Of a stretch of DNA of 64,000 nucleotides, positions 1 to 14,059 are shown one piece after another. Position numbers and translations under genes: made by a program. The notes below the pieces were generated by a model. The model did no database searches and was not told where the DNA came from. It saw only the letters and a list, made by a program, of their open reading frames with translations. The stretch is from assembly GCA_030704615.1 (NCBI GenBank), contig CM060733.1, positions 38,254,001 to 38,318,000 of the forward strand. Direction: 5' to 3'. How positions within the stretch are numbered: the first letter of the stretch is position 1; each line of letters opens with the position of its first letter. The stretch comes from Takakia lepidozioides. Taxonomy: Eukaryota; Plantae; Bryophyta.

Positions 1-220
1 GGTATTGTGGCTGGTATGAAAAAACTGATACCAGCCTGTAGTGGGAAGGCTGATCCGGCAGTGAAGTGCCGAATATTTATTTTCTTTACAACAAAACGCT
101 TGGGCACAACTTAAGGAAATTTCTAGATTTTATGGCAATGCCAGGATGAGATTTTAAGTAATTCGACAGTGACTCCATGCATGAACTTGCTCTATCTACT
201 GCACCCTAAGAGAATTATGT

Positions 221-451
221 ACCAACAGTCAGTAGCTCAGATGGTTAAGTGCACTAAGTGCCACCCAGATGATTCCGGGGTCAAATCTTGCTACTGACGG
301 GTGTGGTATGGTTCCTGGGCGGTGTCCCACTCATTCGCCTCCATGGTGCATAAATGAAAGAGGTTATTTTCTCCTCTCACTTACTAAGGGGCCATATTTG
401 TGAGCTGGCGCTCCCAGGTGTTCCCTTTTTTCAAAAAAAAAAAAAAAAAAA
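221..451 (+). mobile_element. tRNA-derived SINE, family 1
   Basis: Pol III A-box-like TAGCTCAGATGG (~233) and B-box-like GGGGTCAAATC (~278), poly(A) tail 433-451, and direct repeat AATTATGT at 213-220 and 454-461 (TSD). A related copy lies at 4440-4615 on the minus strand. Confidence 0.75.
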
Positions 452-2180
452 CAAATTATGTGGGTTGTTAAGAGCCATGAGAGTCAATCATCAAATGCAG
501 TGATTGTTCAGCCAACTATTCTAGGATTTCTCAAAGCTAAGGAAAATATCTTCCTATAGCTTTATGCCTTGAAACATGCATTTGGAGATTTGATATTTGG
601 AGTTTGTTTGAGATTATAGGCATTTTTTTTGTAAAGTTTCTGGAATTTCGGCAGTTTTTCCTAAATTTTCACTTAATTATTAGGCAGATTCATTTCTAAT
701 TATTTGTGCCGGATCGGCCTTCCCACTACGGTGGTCTGGTATATGACCAAGTATTCTCCCAAATGACACCAGACTGGTCTGATATTTAATACCAGTGCAT
801 ATACGAGTACTTCACCTATATACCAGACCAACACTGGTCCATTCCCAACTGGGACTCGGACTCTTCTCGTCAGTGTCTCAAATGAGCGAAGAAAACTCCT
901 TCACTCTCATGTGTGTCGGTAGATCGATTAAGTTTAGGGCTTCCTCCCCATTCTTTCAAAGAAAAAGAGAAAAAATGAAGGTAACACATGAACTTAGGAT
1001 ATTCCTTTCAGTAAGTGTTGCCAGTCATTTAACTAGACTAACAAGTGGCCTAAGCCAAAGGGACCAATTAATCAATTGAGGCGTCCTAAGTCCTAACGTC
1101 CTAACCAAACCACATTTGCTGTTGCAAGTCACACAGAATTCTGTGGTTTTCAGGGTCAGGGTCTCTCCACATTCAGAATGTGTTCCCTGGCCCCAGTGAT
1201 TGCACCACCTTCCAATGAAGACTCTGTGCTTCTTTCGGACAATCCTAGGGTAACCTTTCCTTATGTCTTAATCTGATTCTTTAGGGTCCTTTCTGAAAGT
1301 TTACTGGCCACCCTAGTCTAATCTGAGTGCCTGTTCTTTTCTCTCCAGTTCTGAACTTCAGTATCTACTCTGAAAGTAATAGCCCACATGTGGTGCGCTC
1401 ATGGCCTACTGCTTTCCTTCAGCCACAGCCTAGCATAATGGAGACCATAGAGCACACATGCAGTTCTTGAGGGGTTCGTATTTTTTGTCCCATTTGTGCA
1501 TCGACAGAAATGCCACCTCATCAAAGATCAAAACATGAAACACACTGACTCATAAGATCATATACCAGCAAACCAGAAGTCCAAAATGTTAATCACAGTC
1601 AACAAATAGTCTTTCAGCAGTATTAAGCATATCTGAGTACCATACATCATTTGCCCTGGTGATTCTCCCATGCCACTTGGCCAGAAAAGTGAAGCCACCC
1701 TGATGCTATTCAAGATATTCTCCTAGAGTTTGATCAGGCAATGGTGCACAAATGTCTCACCTTAAGATTTTGAAGTGGAATTGATAAATTAACAATGTAC
1801 AGGAGGTCCCTTGGACACTGGAGTTGAACAAGAAGAGAGCTAACCACTCATAAAAAGGAAGTAACTCCAATGTGTACAACAAGCACACGGCTACCTCCTG
1901 TATTATATAAAAGAGAAAGTGGGGACACTGGCCAAAGGCAGTCACCAAGAGACTCCTCCCCCAGAGTAGTCACCAAAGAGCTACTCTGTTACAGTTCTCA
2001 ACTAAAAACTCCATTGTCTCTCCATCATCAAGTAGGCCAGTGTAAATTAATTCCATCATACATGTGGCAAACAATCTGAAACCATGGTCAGCACCATGGG
2101 AATTACCTCAGATGCCTTTCACCTGTTGCAGTAGACACAACTCCACCTGGGTGACCCAGCTGCATCACACCAGAGCAATT

Positions 2181-3270
2181 TCACCTATCTTCAATCTTCT
2201 CTTCTTCCTCCTCAGCCATTTCCACAGACTCATCCGATAGTGTTTGAGTTACAGTTTCCTTCAATGGCTGCCCAGAAAGACCAGTCCCACTTCCACTTCC
2301 CCTCAGTTTTGAAGAAACTACTGAGTGTGGCTCCACAAACCCCTCAGTTTTCTCCACTTGCCAGGACTCGTTCTGCATGGTGGCTGCCTTTTCTGTGATG
2401 GTCTCTCCAGTCTCACAGATGCAGTGTGATAGCTGGTTTTCCAAACTTTTGACCTGCAATTTCAATGTGTATATCTCCTTCTCCTGTATGAGGATGATCT
2501 GGAAGGAAAAATACTCATTAGATTGTGTGTCCGACAGCCTACGCCAAGTAGAGGGAGGTGGGGACGATGGACAAGAGTGAGGAAGAAAACGACATACTTA
2601 GTGACAATAAAGTTTGAGTTTTTAAGGTATGGCATTATCAGACTCCCAGCACTGCAACTCCGTGAGCATGCATGTTACACAAGTGGCTGCGGTTGGACTG
2701 CCAATCACTGCAGAAGAGGGAGGCCTCTCTGTAGAGCACTGACGTTACCATAAGGCTTTATGACACCAGAGATCAGAGGGAGAGTATGCGTAGAGAGAGA
2801 CAGACTTGGACAAGAAGTGCCCTCCAGCTTTTCCCAGCATTTTAAATGTCAATTAGGTACTGAGGCTGCATATGCAGCATCAGTGTATCTGCCACTCGAA
2901 TAATGACCAAAGGAGATTGCAATTACATGTGCACTATACAAACTTCAAAGCGACCCTCCGTGAAATCATAAACCCTTGTTGTCTTGCATCTCTCAGTCTC
3001 TTGTGCAGTTTGTTTACACATCTATTAGTATTCTTTGTATTTTGCTACCCTCATCTATTTACCCAGAACATTTTCGCACCCACCAACTAGAAGAATGATG
3101 AGGCCTACCTCTTTTTTCACCGTTTCCCGTGTCCTTAACAATTGATGCTGCTTGGTGACAGGCAAGTTGGCTGCCTCCAGATCAGCCTTGGGCTCCTGCT
3201 TCCAGTCAGATTGGCTGGTGAGAATGAGTACCAGCAACACCAACCCCAATGCCACAGGCCGCGACATCAT
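2181..3270 (-). CDS. Small conserved plant protein: N-terminal hydrophobic anchor followed by a coiled coil (MSRP..LLVLILTSQ..W..EKIIL.QEK.I type), 2 exons
   Basis: Exon 1 3270-3109 (MMSRPVALGLVLLVLILTSQSDWKQ...VKKE, GT donor) splices in phase 0 to exon 2 2498-2181 (AG acceptor, IILIQEKEIYTLKLQVKSLENQLSHC...stop). It resembles an uncharacterised land-plant family as I recall it. Confidence 0.75.
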
Positions 3271-4439
3271 CAACCCTGTTCACCTCTGTCTGTCCCGTAC
3301 ATATCAAACCAAACCAAACCAAACCAGCAGGTGAATGAGTACCTGGAGAGCTTGCTCTCCCTCCCCTCTACCAAGTTACAACCTTTTTCTTGTGAGCCTA
3401 ATTATAATGACACGAAACAAAAAAAGATGACCTCCTTGGCTAGATATTGAACAGTTCGTAACTGAGACATTACCACATTTTGTAAAAAGCAGCTGACCAG
3501 GAATAGACCACTACACTTTGGATTGCCCACTCCACAACATAGGTTGCCCAGAAAGTGTTATTGCCCATGAACCCGTGGCTACAACATGAATTACTATCCT
3601 GTTTAATAATCAAGCACTCAGGGCATGTCCTTCAGATTTTTGGCAACACGGGATTTGGGTATGCAAGTTTTACACAAAACTATTGCCCCCATATAGGATG
3701 AAATTCTACATTCTAACATCTGAAGACTCCTGTTTTAAAGTCTGCAATTTGGGTTGGGTTGAAGGTATCTACTTAAGAGTATCATGCATCACACCAGCCG
3801 TGCAGGTAGTTCTTTCAAAATCGGAACCTGGTTAACATGCCGGATACCTCTGTATGTAATGGGCGCTGGGATTTTTAACATGAGGAGGTTAACTGCATCT
3901 TTACTATGTAATCTAGCTTGGTATGAGTCTAGTCAAAGATATATCCCTTCTGATGTCTTGTACGGTATGAGCTACAACACTGGCCTGCCCACAGTTCCGA
4001 TTCTTTGTGGGGGCCGATGAGGCAGGTTTGTCGTCCATGTACATATACAAACCCTAATTCGATAGGCCACAACATCAGAAGCCAAGCACGCACGAGAGAG
4101 AAGATTGGAAAAATGCGACAATTCTGGACAACACACCTGCTTGGAGAGCTGAGTTGGATTCGAATCAATCATGCTCCACCGTCAACTAGCCCACATATGG
4201 TTCTCTCATCACGCAACTTAACAGTCGATGAGAAAACAGAGCAAAATGCACATAGAACACAGACAAGCCCAAGTCGTTCGCGAATCTCAAGGAGCGGAAG
4301 AATAGCTGAGAAAACCTCACTGTCTTGTACAATTTTGTTTTGTCCGATTTTTTATTTTCTTTTATATATTTTTATTTTTTGGGTCTTAAGTCTTATGTCT
4401 TATCACCCCTGGCCCACTTTACTCTTTTCTTAACCATAT

Positions 4440-4615
4440 CTTTAGAAATCCTGGGGGACTGGCAGCTTACAATTGAGACCCTTCCCTATAAGCCATGAAG
4501 CATACAATCCCCAGGCTAATCAGCCACGAAACCACACAGGACATGGTCGCAGGGTTTGAGCCCCAAACCATTGGGGTGCCATAGTGTGCACTAGCCAACT
4601 GGGCTACCGACTGCT
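4440..4615 (-). mobile_element. tRNA-derived SINE, family 1 (diverged copy)
   Basis: The reverse complement starts CAGTCGGTAGCCCAGTTGGCTAGTGCAC and contains GGGGCTCAAACC and TGTAAGCTGCCAGTCCCCCAGG, collinear with the copy at 221-451. Confidence 0.6.
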
Positions 4616-4957
4616 TACACTCAATAAATTTTTTTAAAACAATTTAAACTAAGATAAAAAATGAAGACTCCCTTCAGTTTCAATAGGTAGTCCGAGTCCA
4701 GTGAAGCAAGGTGACCTGGACTAGCAATCACAGGTCAAAGTGTGTTGTTGCCTGCCAGTTGTTAGTTTGTTTTCCCTTCACTCCAAGTTTCAGTCTGCAT
4801 TGGATTTCGGATTTGTTTCTGGGTTGATCTCATGTTGTGAACTTCATGCTGTACAAGAAACAATCTTCCACATGGATCCAAAAGACCAAGTCTCACAGTG
4901 TATTCCAACGTCTGTGGTGTGGGTTGATCATTTGGTTGCTTGAGTTTCTACAATTTC

Positions 4958-7900
4958 ATGGCTCAGGGATCCATCATGATCAGGGTGAGTACTCCCTTCC
5001 TGCAATGGTCTCTCTTTCTCTCTCTCTATCCAACATTGGGCATGGTGGTCTGACTGCCCAGCTTCTCGTTAGTCATTGAAGTCATGTCCAATGTTGCATG
5101 GAAATCTGAACACTCCAAAACTCAGGGCAACATAAATCAATGCAGGATGAAGCAGCAAGAAAGAGTTACCGCAATTCCATACTTGTTTGTTTCTCAAGCT
5201 CAATTTGCCCGCTGCTACCTATTGCGGTGTGGCTGAGGGATAGCAGATATCCTTAGGCCAGCAGAGGAGAATTGTAAGCAGTTCAGAATAGAGTGATTTC
5301 CCAAGCACTAGGCGTTAAGTCGCTTGATATGAGGATTGTTAAGTGGAATAATCGTTGTAAGCAGAAGAGGGATATTGAATGGCTGTCTGCGTGGTTTGAT
5401 GCAGGGTATCCATCGCATTGTTGACCACGCTAAGAGTTCAGGCCGAATTGCACATGGGGTACATTGGATGACCTCAGAAGGTAAAAAAGGAGGGAAAGGG
5501 GGAGGAGGAAAAGGAGGAGGTGGGGGCGGAGGCAAAGATGCTGGCAAAGGAGGAGGGGTATGAGAACATGAGGCACATCGTGAAGCTTAGCATAAATAAG
5601 AGTTTTGCGCAGACCTAGACACTTCTATGTGTCGCTACATTTTAAGATATAGTTGTTCTTCTTTGTCTCTTGTTGTGAATGGAGGAAGCTTTACGAGCAC
5701 ATTACGATCACTTATTGGAGTGGCTCTGTCTTGCCCGTTGGATGCTTTCAATTAAACCTTGCAAATGTCAGTGTGATGTCTCTGTGTGCAGGCCTTGAAG
5801 GCAAGGCTGGCTGAGCTCATTCCAAAAGAGCAGGTATGAAATTTCTCCCAAACATGTTTTCAATTCTATGGCAGTTGTTAGAAAACATAGTCAGGGATTT
5901 AAATCTCTCTCTCTGGCAGGTAGTGATACAAGTCTCTTTATTGTTGCCACTCATGACCTTTGGCCCCTTATGTCACTCTGAACACATAAGTTTTTGAGCT
6001 CCATGTGGACGTTTTCAAATTGTTTATTGCTTTGAGAAAGAGATGTTAACAGTGTTTAGTGAGTGTGGCCTTCATGTTCGATACACCTGAGGAAAGGAGA
6101 CTGCAGATTCATGCACCACTAGGTTTTGAGTATCTATGAATGGGCAAACAAAATATTGATGTTGGCTGGGCACATGGTTTGACCTACAGCCTCCCCAGGG
6201 GTTGTTCAAACCGTAAGAGATTTTGTAGAAGGTGTACAAGTTAGCTGTAAACTTGATTCTTTGGAATTTACCCGGTCAAGATGAGATAATTTACTTGCAT
6301 TCCTTTTGACTAGAGCTTGATGTCTCTGCAGGAACGATTCAAGCAGATCAAGAAGGAATATGGACAAGTTTCTCTGGGCGATACCACTGTGGACATGGTA
6401 AAGACCAACCTCACTTTTCACACATCATGTGCAGTGCATTGTATAAAGATGGGACTGATAGTGCACAAATTTTCCACCGATTAGTAGAGAGATAAGAGGT
6501 CAATGAGTGCCTTTCATGTTGTATTTGGACCTTGGATTTGTTTTTCTGCTTCAAACTTCTCTGAATATGTAGGGTGATGAATTGGAGGGTGATGCCATGT
6601 AAATTACGGTTGTATTCCTCAGTTTTTACTGGTGTGTGATAGTGCATTGGTGGAATGCGAGGCATCAAAGGCATGCTCTGGGAGACCTCGTTGCTTGATG
6701 CTGATGAGGTAGCACCCACGTACCCCATAAACCCTCTTCTGTTGAATTCCTAGTTCAAAGACCAATAACAAGAAAGTAGTGTTTGTTGTTGTTTTCATGT
6801 GTATAGCAAATAGCATGCGCTTCAACTTAGGAAAAAGTCCCTAATAAATAATCTTATTTGAATGTGATGCTGCAGGGAATCCGATTCAGGGGTCTCTCTA
6901 TCCCAGAATGCCAAAAAAAACTGCCTTCTGCAATCAAGGGTGGTGAGCCTCTGCCAGAAGGCTTGTTGTGGCTTCTTGTCACAGGCGAGGTATGTCATGC
7001 TCCTTCATTCACACTCCTCCCTTTCAATCATTTGGAAAACCATGTCATTTAGCCACCTCTCAAATTAGATGTAGGCCGGGAGAGAAAGATGGCATAATGG
7101 GAAGACCATCCATAATTAGTCAGGAAGGGAGTCTAAAGGTAACCTATCATACGCTGAATGAAATAAGCAGATGTATTTGCATGCACCTCATCATCCCAAG
7201 GAACTTACGCAGTTGTGTCAAATGGAAGGTTCCGTCCAAGGAGCAAGTGAGTGGGTTGACACAAGAGTTAAGAGAGCGCTCGCGAGTGCCAGGTATGCCC
7301 ACGCAAGGGAGAGAAGTAGGTTAACTGAAAACATAGAATTCAATTACATATCAGAGACAATCCAATAGTCCAGGACACACCCTCTTTCTCTCTCAGACAA
7401 CGTTTTATGAGTATATTGTCTTGAAAGGTCTGTCTGGTGTTATCAAGTTGAGAATCCATTCAAGCTGAACTTGATTTTCACTGTAAGCCAAGAATGTATG
7501 CTGAAGTTTTTCCTTCAGTTGCAGCCTAGGTTGGGATCCTAAGATCATTTGTACATGGCAGGATTTGTCTTTGATGTGTTGAATGCGTTTCCAAAGACGG
7601 CGCACCCAATGACCCAACTCACTGCTGGCATTATGGCCCTCCAGGTGGGTCTTGTAGGTTAAAAGCTCCTCATACTACATACAGTGTATGGTGAAAGTGA
7701 AGTAGCCACAAACTGAGCCTGACATAATCTCCTGGTGGGCTCAATGCCGCTCCTGGTGAGCATACCAATGAAATTGGATAGAAAGTGTCCTGGCCATAGC
7801 AATGATTAAAGTTGTGACTGAGAGTTGAACCTCTCTAAAACTAAATGCTTCTAGTTCTCCTTTGATGTGTCTATATGTCACGATGTTTGGCCAAGTTGCA

Positions 7901-10900
7901 AGTCACAAGGCAAAGTCTGAATTGAAGCATCTGAGACAACTCCAATACTCAACCTCTGTCTGTGGCTTGTGATTGGGTCTGTTTGAGTTGTTCTTTGGTT
8001 CTTTGTGTTTCTATGATATTTTTTCTGCATGGTTCTATGTTGTAATTCTATGTGTGTACGGTGTGCCCTTTGGGCTCAGAGATGAGAGGGGAGATTGAGA
8101 CTGAAGAACATTTCTTCTTTCATCGTCCTCTGTACAATGAGATCCTTCGATGATATTATTGCCTATTTTAGGATAGGCCAAATCTCTTCTTTGACTATGG
8201 GAATGAGAAATGCTTGGAGTAGATCTGCTTTCCATCTTCAAGAATCTCTTGACGAATAGTTGTTTTTGGGTTGTTTGTTGAGCACCCTATTTTTCTTTCT
8301 TGTATCTCTTGTTCATTTGTGCTTTGAGCTTCCTGTGGACGTCACATTTTTCTTTCTTCCTGTCTCTCTCTCTTGTTTTTGGGCAAATCACACACAGCAG
8401 ATTGATGCTTGTGTGAAGGGATTTCTAGAGGATATCTGGAAAACCCGGATTAATTCTATATATGGAGGTAAGTCTTACTACCAACGTCAGCCCCTGACAG
8501 AGGTAGGTTCTGTCCCTTTTGTTCCCGCTCAAACTGGGCGCGGGGTCAATGGCCACAAGGCTACGGCAAACAACGTCTTATGAGTACAATCTCTCTCTTG
8601 GACCTCCATGGATGCCATAGTTTTTCTTTCTAATTTCTTTTGCCTATTGGCTTCCATGTTCAACTCTCACTATTTCTTTCTTGGTTTTTATTTTCACTCT
8701 GGCTCTGTCAAAACCAGTCACAAGTGCTATGGCTGGAAGCAAAATTTAATGAGAGATCCATGCATTGAGTTATGGGGCCAGACCCCGAGATGAAAGGAAA
8801 CAAAATTATTAGTAACATACTTGCGCGTTTGAAAGACCAAAAGACATACATATTGGCATGCAGACTGAAAGTGAATTTGCCAAAGCATATGAAAGTGGAC
8901 TCCACAAAAGCAAGTAAGCAATATATCTTGGTCCAAACTGACGTCCGTCTCACCAGCTCTGCACATGTATTTTGATTTGCATGTCACATTTGAGGTCTTC
9001 TCAAAAGACATGTAGACTGTCTTGTTAAGTAATTAGATTAGAATTGAGATCATAAAATATGAGATACTGTGAAATATGGAGTTATCTTGATTTCTCATCT
9101 TTGTACTTCGATCAAAAGTGGTCTTTACTCCCTTTAGACAATGGGAGAATGATAACAAATTCTTCAGAGAGAGGTAGACTGATCACAAGTAAAGAAGAAC
9201 AAAGAGGGAACCTACAGAAGGAGAAAAGGCCGTGACCTCTTATCCTCATCCTCACCTTATCCTCCCTTCCTATTCACCTGGCCTTGTAATCCTCCTGTTT
9301 TATACCCATAATTTATCTTCTGTATCATGGGCTTAAACAATGTACGGCTACTATGTGTGGTAATGATACTTGCTGCAGGTACTGGCAACCGACATACGAG
9401 GATTCCATGAATTTGATGGCCCGATTGCCTGAAGTTGCTGCCTACATTTACCGTAGGTGAGTTTCTTCATGTCAGTCTCACAGTTGAATCAGTTAAAGGT
9501 GCCAACCAACAATTGGGAGGAATTAAGAGAATGTAGATGAATGAATTGATCTTGATGGTCATTGACAGGGAGAGGTGAGGTGTGACAGAGTGTACCACGG
9601 GGGGAAAACAATACAGGGAGATCCGAAATTGGACTATGCAGCCAACTATGCACACATGTTGGGTTTCAAGGACCCCAAAATGCATGAACTCATGCGTCTC
9701 TACATCACCATTCACAGGTCTTATCCCTCCCTTTTTCTGACTTCGTCTTAAAGCTTAACGTTTGATAAACACATGATGAGACAGGTGTCATCTACCTTTC
9801 TCCTCCATGCATTCCACAATGCATTTTATATAAAATTTGTTGTAGTATGTTCTTCAATTCCACGGCAGAGCTTCAGATGTCAAGTAATATCTTACTTCTG
9901 CATACAGCTGCCCCTCGAGTGAATATTGTGCCTTTACAGGAAAAGAGGCTCTGTGTCAGATTGGTTGCAGGTCGTGCGGTCTTCCAGTCTTTATTTATTC
10001 TCATTAAGTATAAACACAAGAATAACTGATTTGTTGGAGTGGATGAGGGTTTTGGCCTAGACTTTTTGACCTCAAAGTAGGAACTTGGGATGGTTGGGTG
10101 CAACAGTGACCACGAGGGGGGGAATGTGAGTGCACATACAGTTCACTTGGTGAGTCTGAGGGAGGTCGGCATGGTGTTGTTTCTTGTTCACACTCATGGT
10201 GCTGGTGCTTTAGATCTTGTTTTTTCACTACCGTTCTTGGTGGTGGTGAATGTCTCGACAAACATCTAAAAATATTCCGCTGCCCCCATTCCACTGTTAA
10301 TTCGTATGTAAACTCTCTCTTTAATGTTATCTCTTATCCTGCGTACTACGATATTAGAGGCAGATACTATTGTCTCTTTAGTTACTCATAGTCTTTGGCA
10401 AAAGCATTCAGCTTTGAGGACCCAAAGTGTCTAGCAGCCTAACGTTGTCTTCAGATGTTGTTTGATGTTGTCTTTGGACCTCGTTTGATGTTTGGATCTG
10501 AAGTGCTTTCTTGTTCTTGCACTTTGTCCCATGTGCCACTGGGGCATGTGGATGTCATAAAGTTTTTTTCCTGCAAACATTGTTGCATATTCAAAGATAA
10601 CCAATCCTTAAAGGTTCTATTATGTGGATTGACGCTAATGTTGTTTCCTGCTTTGTCCTGTCCCATAAGCTCTTTGAGAGCTTTCCACGGACGTGGTAAA
10701 GTGTAATTTCATTTCATTTCCTTCCTTTTTCTCTGTTCTTTCTTTATCTTGAGCAGGTAGCCCAGTGGTTGGGTATTTGTGCCTTGCATGCACATAACCT
10801 GGGTGATGCTGGGTTACATCCTTCAATATGTGCCTTCAAACCGTCCATTGGCCCCTCGATGAGCAATAAGCTCACAGGACGTTAAAAGAAACTTTATCTT

Positions 10901-13900
10901 TATCTTTTCTTTGTTACAAAACGTTTTTTTCTGTTTTCCTCTTTCTGTCTTCTATTCTTTCTTGTTGTTTCTAGCTAGTCTGGGGCGACATGTTGCTGTT
11001 ATTCAAAACCCTATTTCCATTCATTCTCTGTTTGTGTCGAGTGGACTCTTTGGCCCACATGGATGTAACAGTTTAATTTCTTTCAGTCTGAGGCTGGATT
11101 CTTCTTTGTTTAGTTTATTCTTTGTTTTGTATCTCTTATCTCATCAGCTTTTGGGCTCCCTCTTAATGTTACAAGTGTTTTTTTTCATCTTTTTTCTTTC
11201 AAACACATTGTTATTCACAATCTTCTTCATACATTCCCTTGAAAAAAATCTCTTACATCGTGATTATTGAACAATGGAGTCCTACCATAGATACTGATTG
11301 ACACAGACAAACTTGGTTTCTGCCCGAATGTATTCCCCAATGGTCTAATATACCGTCTAGTCATAGGGCCAAGTTTGTTGATGAAACACCAGGTGATGCT
11401 ATTAATGTTTTATAAAGTGAATGTGCAAAATTGTCACACATGGGTGTTAATATGTTTTCTTCCCTCTTTTAGGTTGGAAGTGCGTTATCCGACCCCTATC
11501 TCTCTGTTGCAGCTGGAATGAATGGTTTAGCAGGTCCTCTTCATGGCCTTGCCAACCAGGTTCCTCCTAACTGTGCTTTCATAAGTCCCTAAGGGAATGG
11601 ACACAATAATTGGACACATGGATTGTACGAGGACATTTTAGTGTATATATATTTGAAATCCAATCATAAGAATTTCTCTTTCTGTTTGCACTGTAGAAAC
11701 TCTGTGTGACCAGACCGTGCTGTGTCGAGATTGAAACCCTCAATGTACATAGCCTTACAATCTAAGCATATTTGAATGTGCGATTGCAGGAGGTGTTGAG
11801 GTGGATTCAAGATGTGGTCAAACAGGTTGGTGCTGACGTTAGCACTGAGCAGCTCAAAGAGTTTGTGTGGAAAACCTTGAAAAGTGGCAAGGTGCGGTAT
11901 TTTGTATGAATTCGTTGACAAACATGTCCACCACAGATGATTCTTCTCTTAGTTTAGAAAGATATGCAATGTCATCCTACGGCATCTCAAAAACAATGAA
12001 ACATGAGATCTTTTCCAAATAAGCTTTAACTCTCTTTTGCGCTGTGAAGGCCTTATGTATACGCAATAATTTTATTAATTCTTTCTTTTTGGCTGGGGGT
12101 TTCTTGTTGTCTACATTGTCCCATGGCCCCTTGGTGCCCCTTCTGCCTGTTGTAAGTTTATTTCTCACACGGCCATTCCAACTGTGTGATTATCTTCCAT
12201 TAACGAAGTAACTGCTTGTCGGCATTGGGGCAGGTAGTGCCAGGGTATGGTCATGCAGTGTTGCGTAAAACAGATCCCCGTTATGCATGCCAACGCGAGT
12301 TTGCGTTGAAGCATCTTCCAAAGGATCCTTTATTCCAAATGGTGGGTGTCTCTGTAGTTTGATGTTTGATGCACATGTATTTGTTGAGTGGAGCATTGAC
12401 TTTGAAGTCCTACTGGGGTGGCAGTGAGAGATAGAAAATGGCTGAGTTAGCCTTCAAATGGTCACCTAGAAATGCTTTGAATTCTATGGAAAAATCTTAT
12501 TGATTATGCGACTGGTAGCACAAAAGTTTGAGCAGAAATTGATCTATTAGATTCGAACTATTTTCTGGTTGATTTGCAGGTATCCAAAATTTATGAAGTG
12601 GTTCCACCTATTCTCTTGGAGACTGGAAAAGTAAGGAAGCCAGCAGCTAAAACACTGAATCTACAAGGACCCACCCTTTGCTTGCTCTTCTGTCTTTTTC
12701 CCCCAAACCATAGGAAATAGCAGTGGTTTCTTTTCCAAATTCTTGTTGTCATCCTTCGCTCTTTTCTTTCACCCAATTTGCATCAGCCTAATTGAATGGG
12801 GGGTTCATCACGGGGAACTGGCACATTGCCTCGTGATTATATCTCTAGTCAATGATGCATTGCAATGGTAGCCAACAACATTACGCTATATTTGTTGAAG
12901 CTTAATCTGTATTTGAAAAGGCTGACTGATGAAGTTGTAGTGAATGAGCAGGTAAAAAATCCATGGCCTAATGTGGATGCCCACAGTGGGGTTTTGCTAC
13001 AATATTTTGGCCTTAAAGAAGAGAAGTGAGTGTCCTCTCAGGTTTTTGGTTGCAGTAGACGATACTATGTTATTTCTATTTATGATAGGAAGCGAAGGAC
13101 GCAATGAAGTAATATCTCATTTGGTCAAGTGATCAAATCTGGAAAGCTTAATATCTCAGTGCAAGATTGAAAGACTTGTGGGCAATTAGAGTTTGTTGGG
13201 CTTGGCCATCACATCTAAATGCACCCCTTTTAAAAGAAATTAGACACAATTTCATAAATCTCAGGAAACAGACATTGGGCTTCACTGGATGAGCTTTGTT
13301 ATTCTTGTGCAGCTATTACACAGTGCTTTTCGGAGTATCCCGGACCATTGGGGTGCTCTCTCAGGTATCATCACTTTGATAATCCCTGGAATCCCTTTGG
13401 GCTGGGTTTTGTCAGGATTATTATAACAGTCTAAAATTTTCGTAAACATATTATTGAGGGAAAATTACATATATGTTGTTTAGAGCCATGTTATGGAGGT
13501 AGTATGTGTGCTAGTTGGGTGAGATTGGAAGGATAGGAGTGTGTTCAAAAAACAATCTTAGGGGGACATGAGTGTTTAAAATAGAATTTTTTTACAAAAA
13601 ATGAAGAATGTGACAACAAGCGTTTTGGTGATGACATTAAGAATATGATACTGGGAAGAAGGTTTTGTTTTCGAAAGAGAAACACTGGGATTGTGAGTCT
13701 GCTCACAAAATGAATTGATTTATGTTTTTCTTGGTTAAGAAGGGAAAGATTTCGTTTGAAAGGCCACTCACTCTTTTGATGTCTTTTAAGAGACACTTAG
13801 TAGTCCTCGGTTTTCCTATTCCATATATCCATGAAGAGTATGATGATGTCTGGCCTAGTTTAGACAAATTGAGACATTTTAAAAAGTAAAAAGTAATAAA

Positions 13901-14059
13901 TAAATTTTGTATGGGGTGCTTATACTGGGGGTGACTTGGATTTGCATGACTGTGCAGCTCATATGGGATCGTGCACTTGGCCTTCCCATTGAAAGGCCAA
14001 AAAGCTTAACATTTGGCTGGATTGAGAACTACTGTAAGAAAAAAGCCCCAAAGAAGTAG
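4958..14059 (+). CDS. CS: Citrate synthase, eukaryotic mitochondrial type
   Basis: GT-AG exons at about 4958-4984 (tentative first exon; ATG 5399 is an alternative start), 5405-5557, 5792-5833, 6332-6397, 6643-6708, 6876-6989, 7229-7292, 7562-7644, 8864-8913, 9379-9456, 9588-9717, 10107-10149, 11473-11559, 11790-11891, 12234-12341, 12580-12630, 12952-13025, 13313-13364 and 13958-14059. They encode [58 protein letters not shown] and [16 protein letters not shown]. Confidence 0.97.
10751..10905 (+). mobile_element. tRNA-derived SINE, family 2 (in a citrate synthase intron)
   Basis: A-box-like TAGCCCAGTGG, B-box-like GGGTTACATCC and 3' end GGACGTTAAAAGAAACTTTATC(TTTATC). Matches the minus-strand copy at about 56405-56616. 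Confidence 0.65.

Noticed and set aside
228-300. Functional tRNA gene
   Set aside because: A/B boxes are present, but there is no convincing cloverleaf and it continues into a body, poly(A) and TSD, so it is called a SINE.
5308-5547. Proline-rich minus-strand ORF (extensin-like)
   Set aside because: Antisense shadow of the Gly/Lys-rich citrate synthase exon.
8400-8600. LINE remnant in a citrate synthase intron ([11 protein letters not shown])
   Set aside because: A single weak motif; insufficient support.
14045-14059. Peroxisomal targeting signal on citrate synthase
   Set aside because: The C-terminus is PKK, not an SKL-type tripeptide, and the sequence is of the mitochondrial type.
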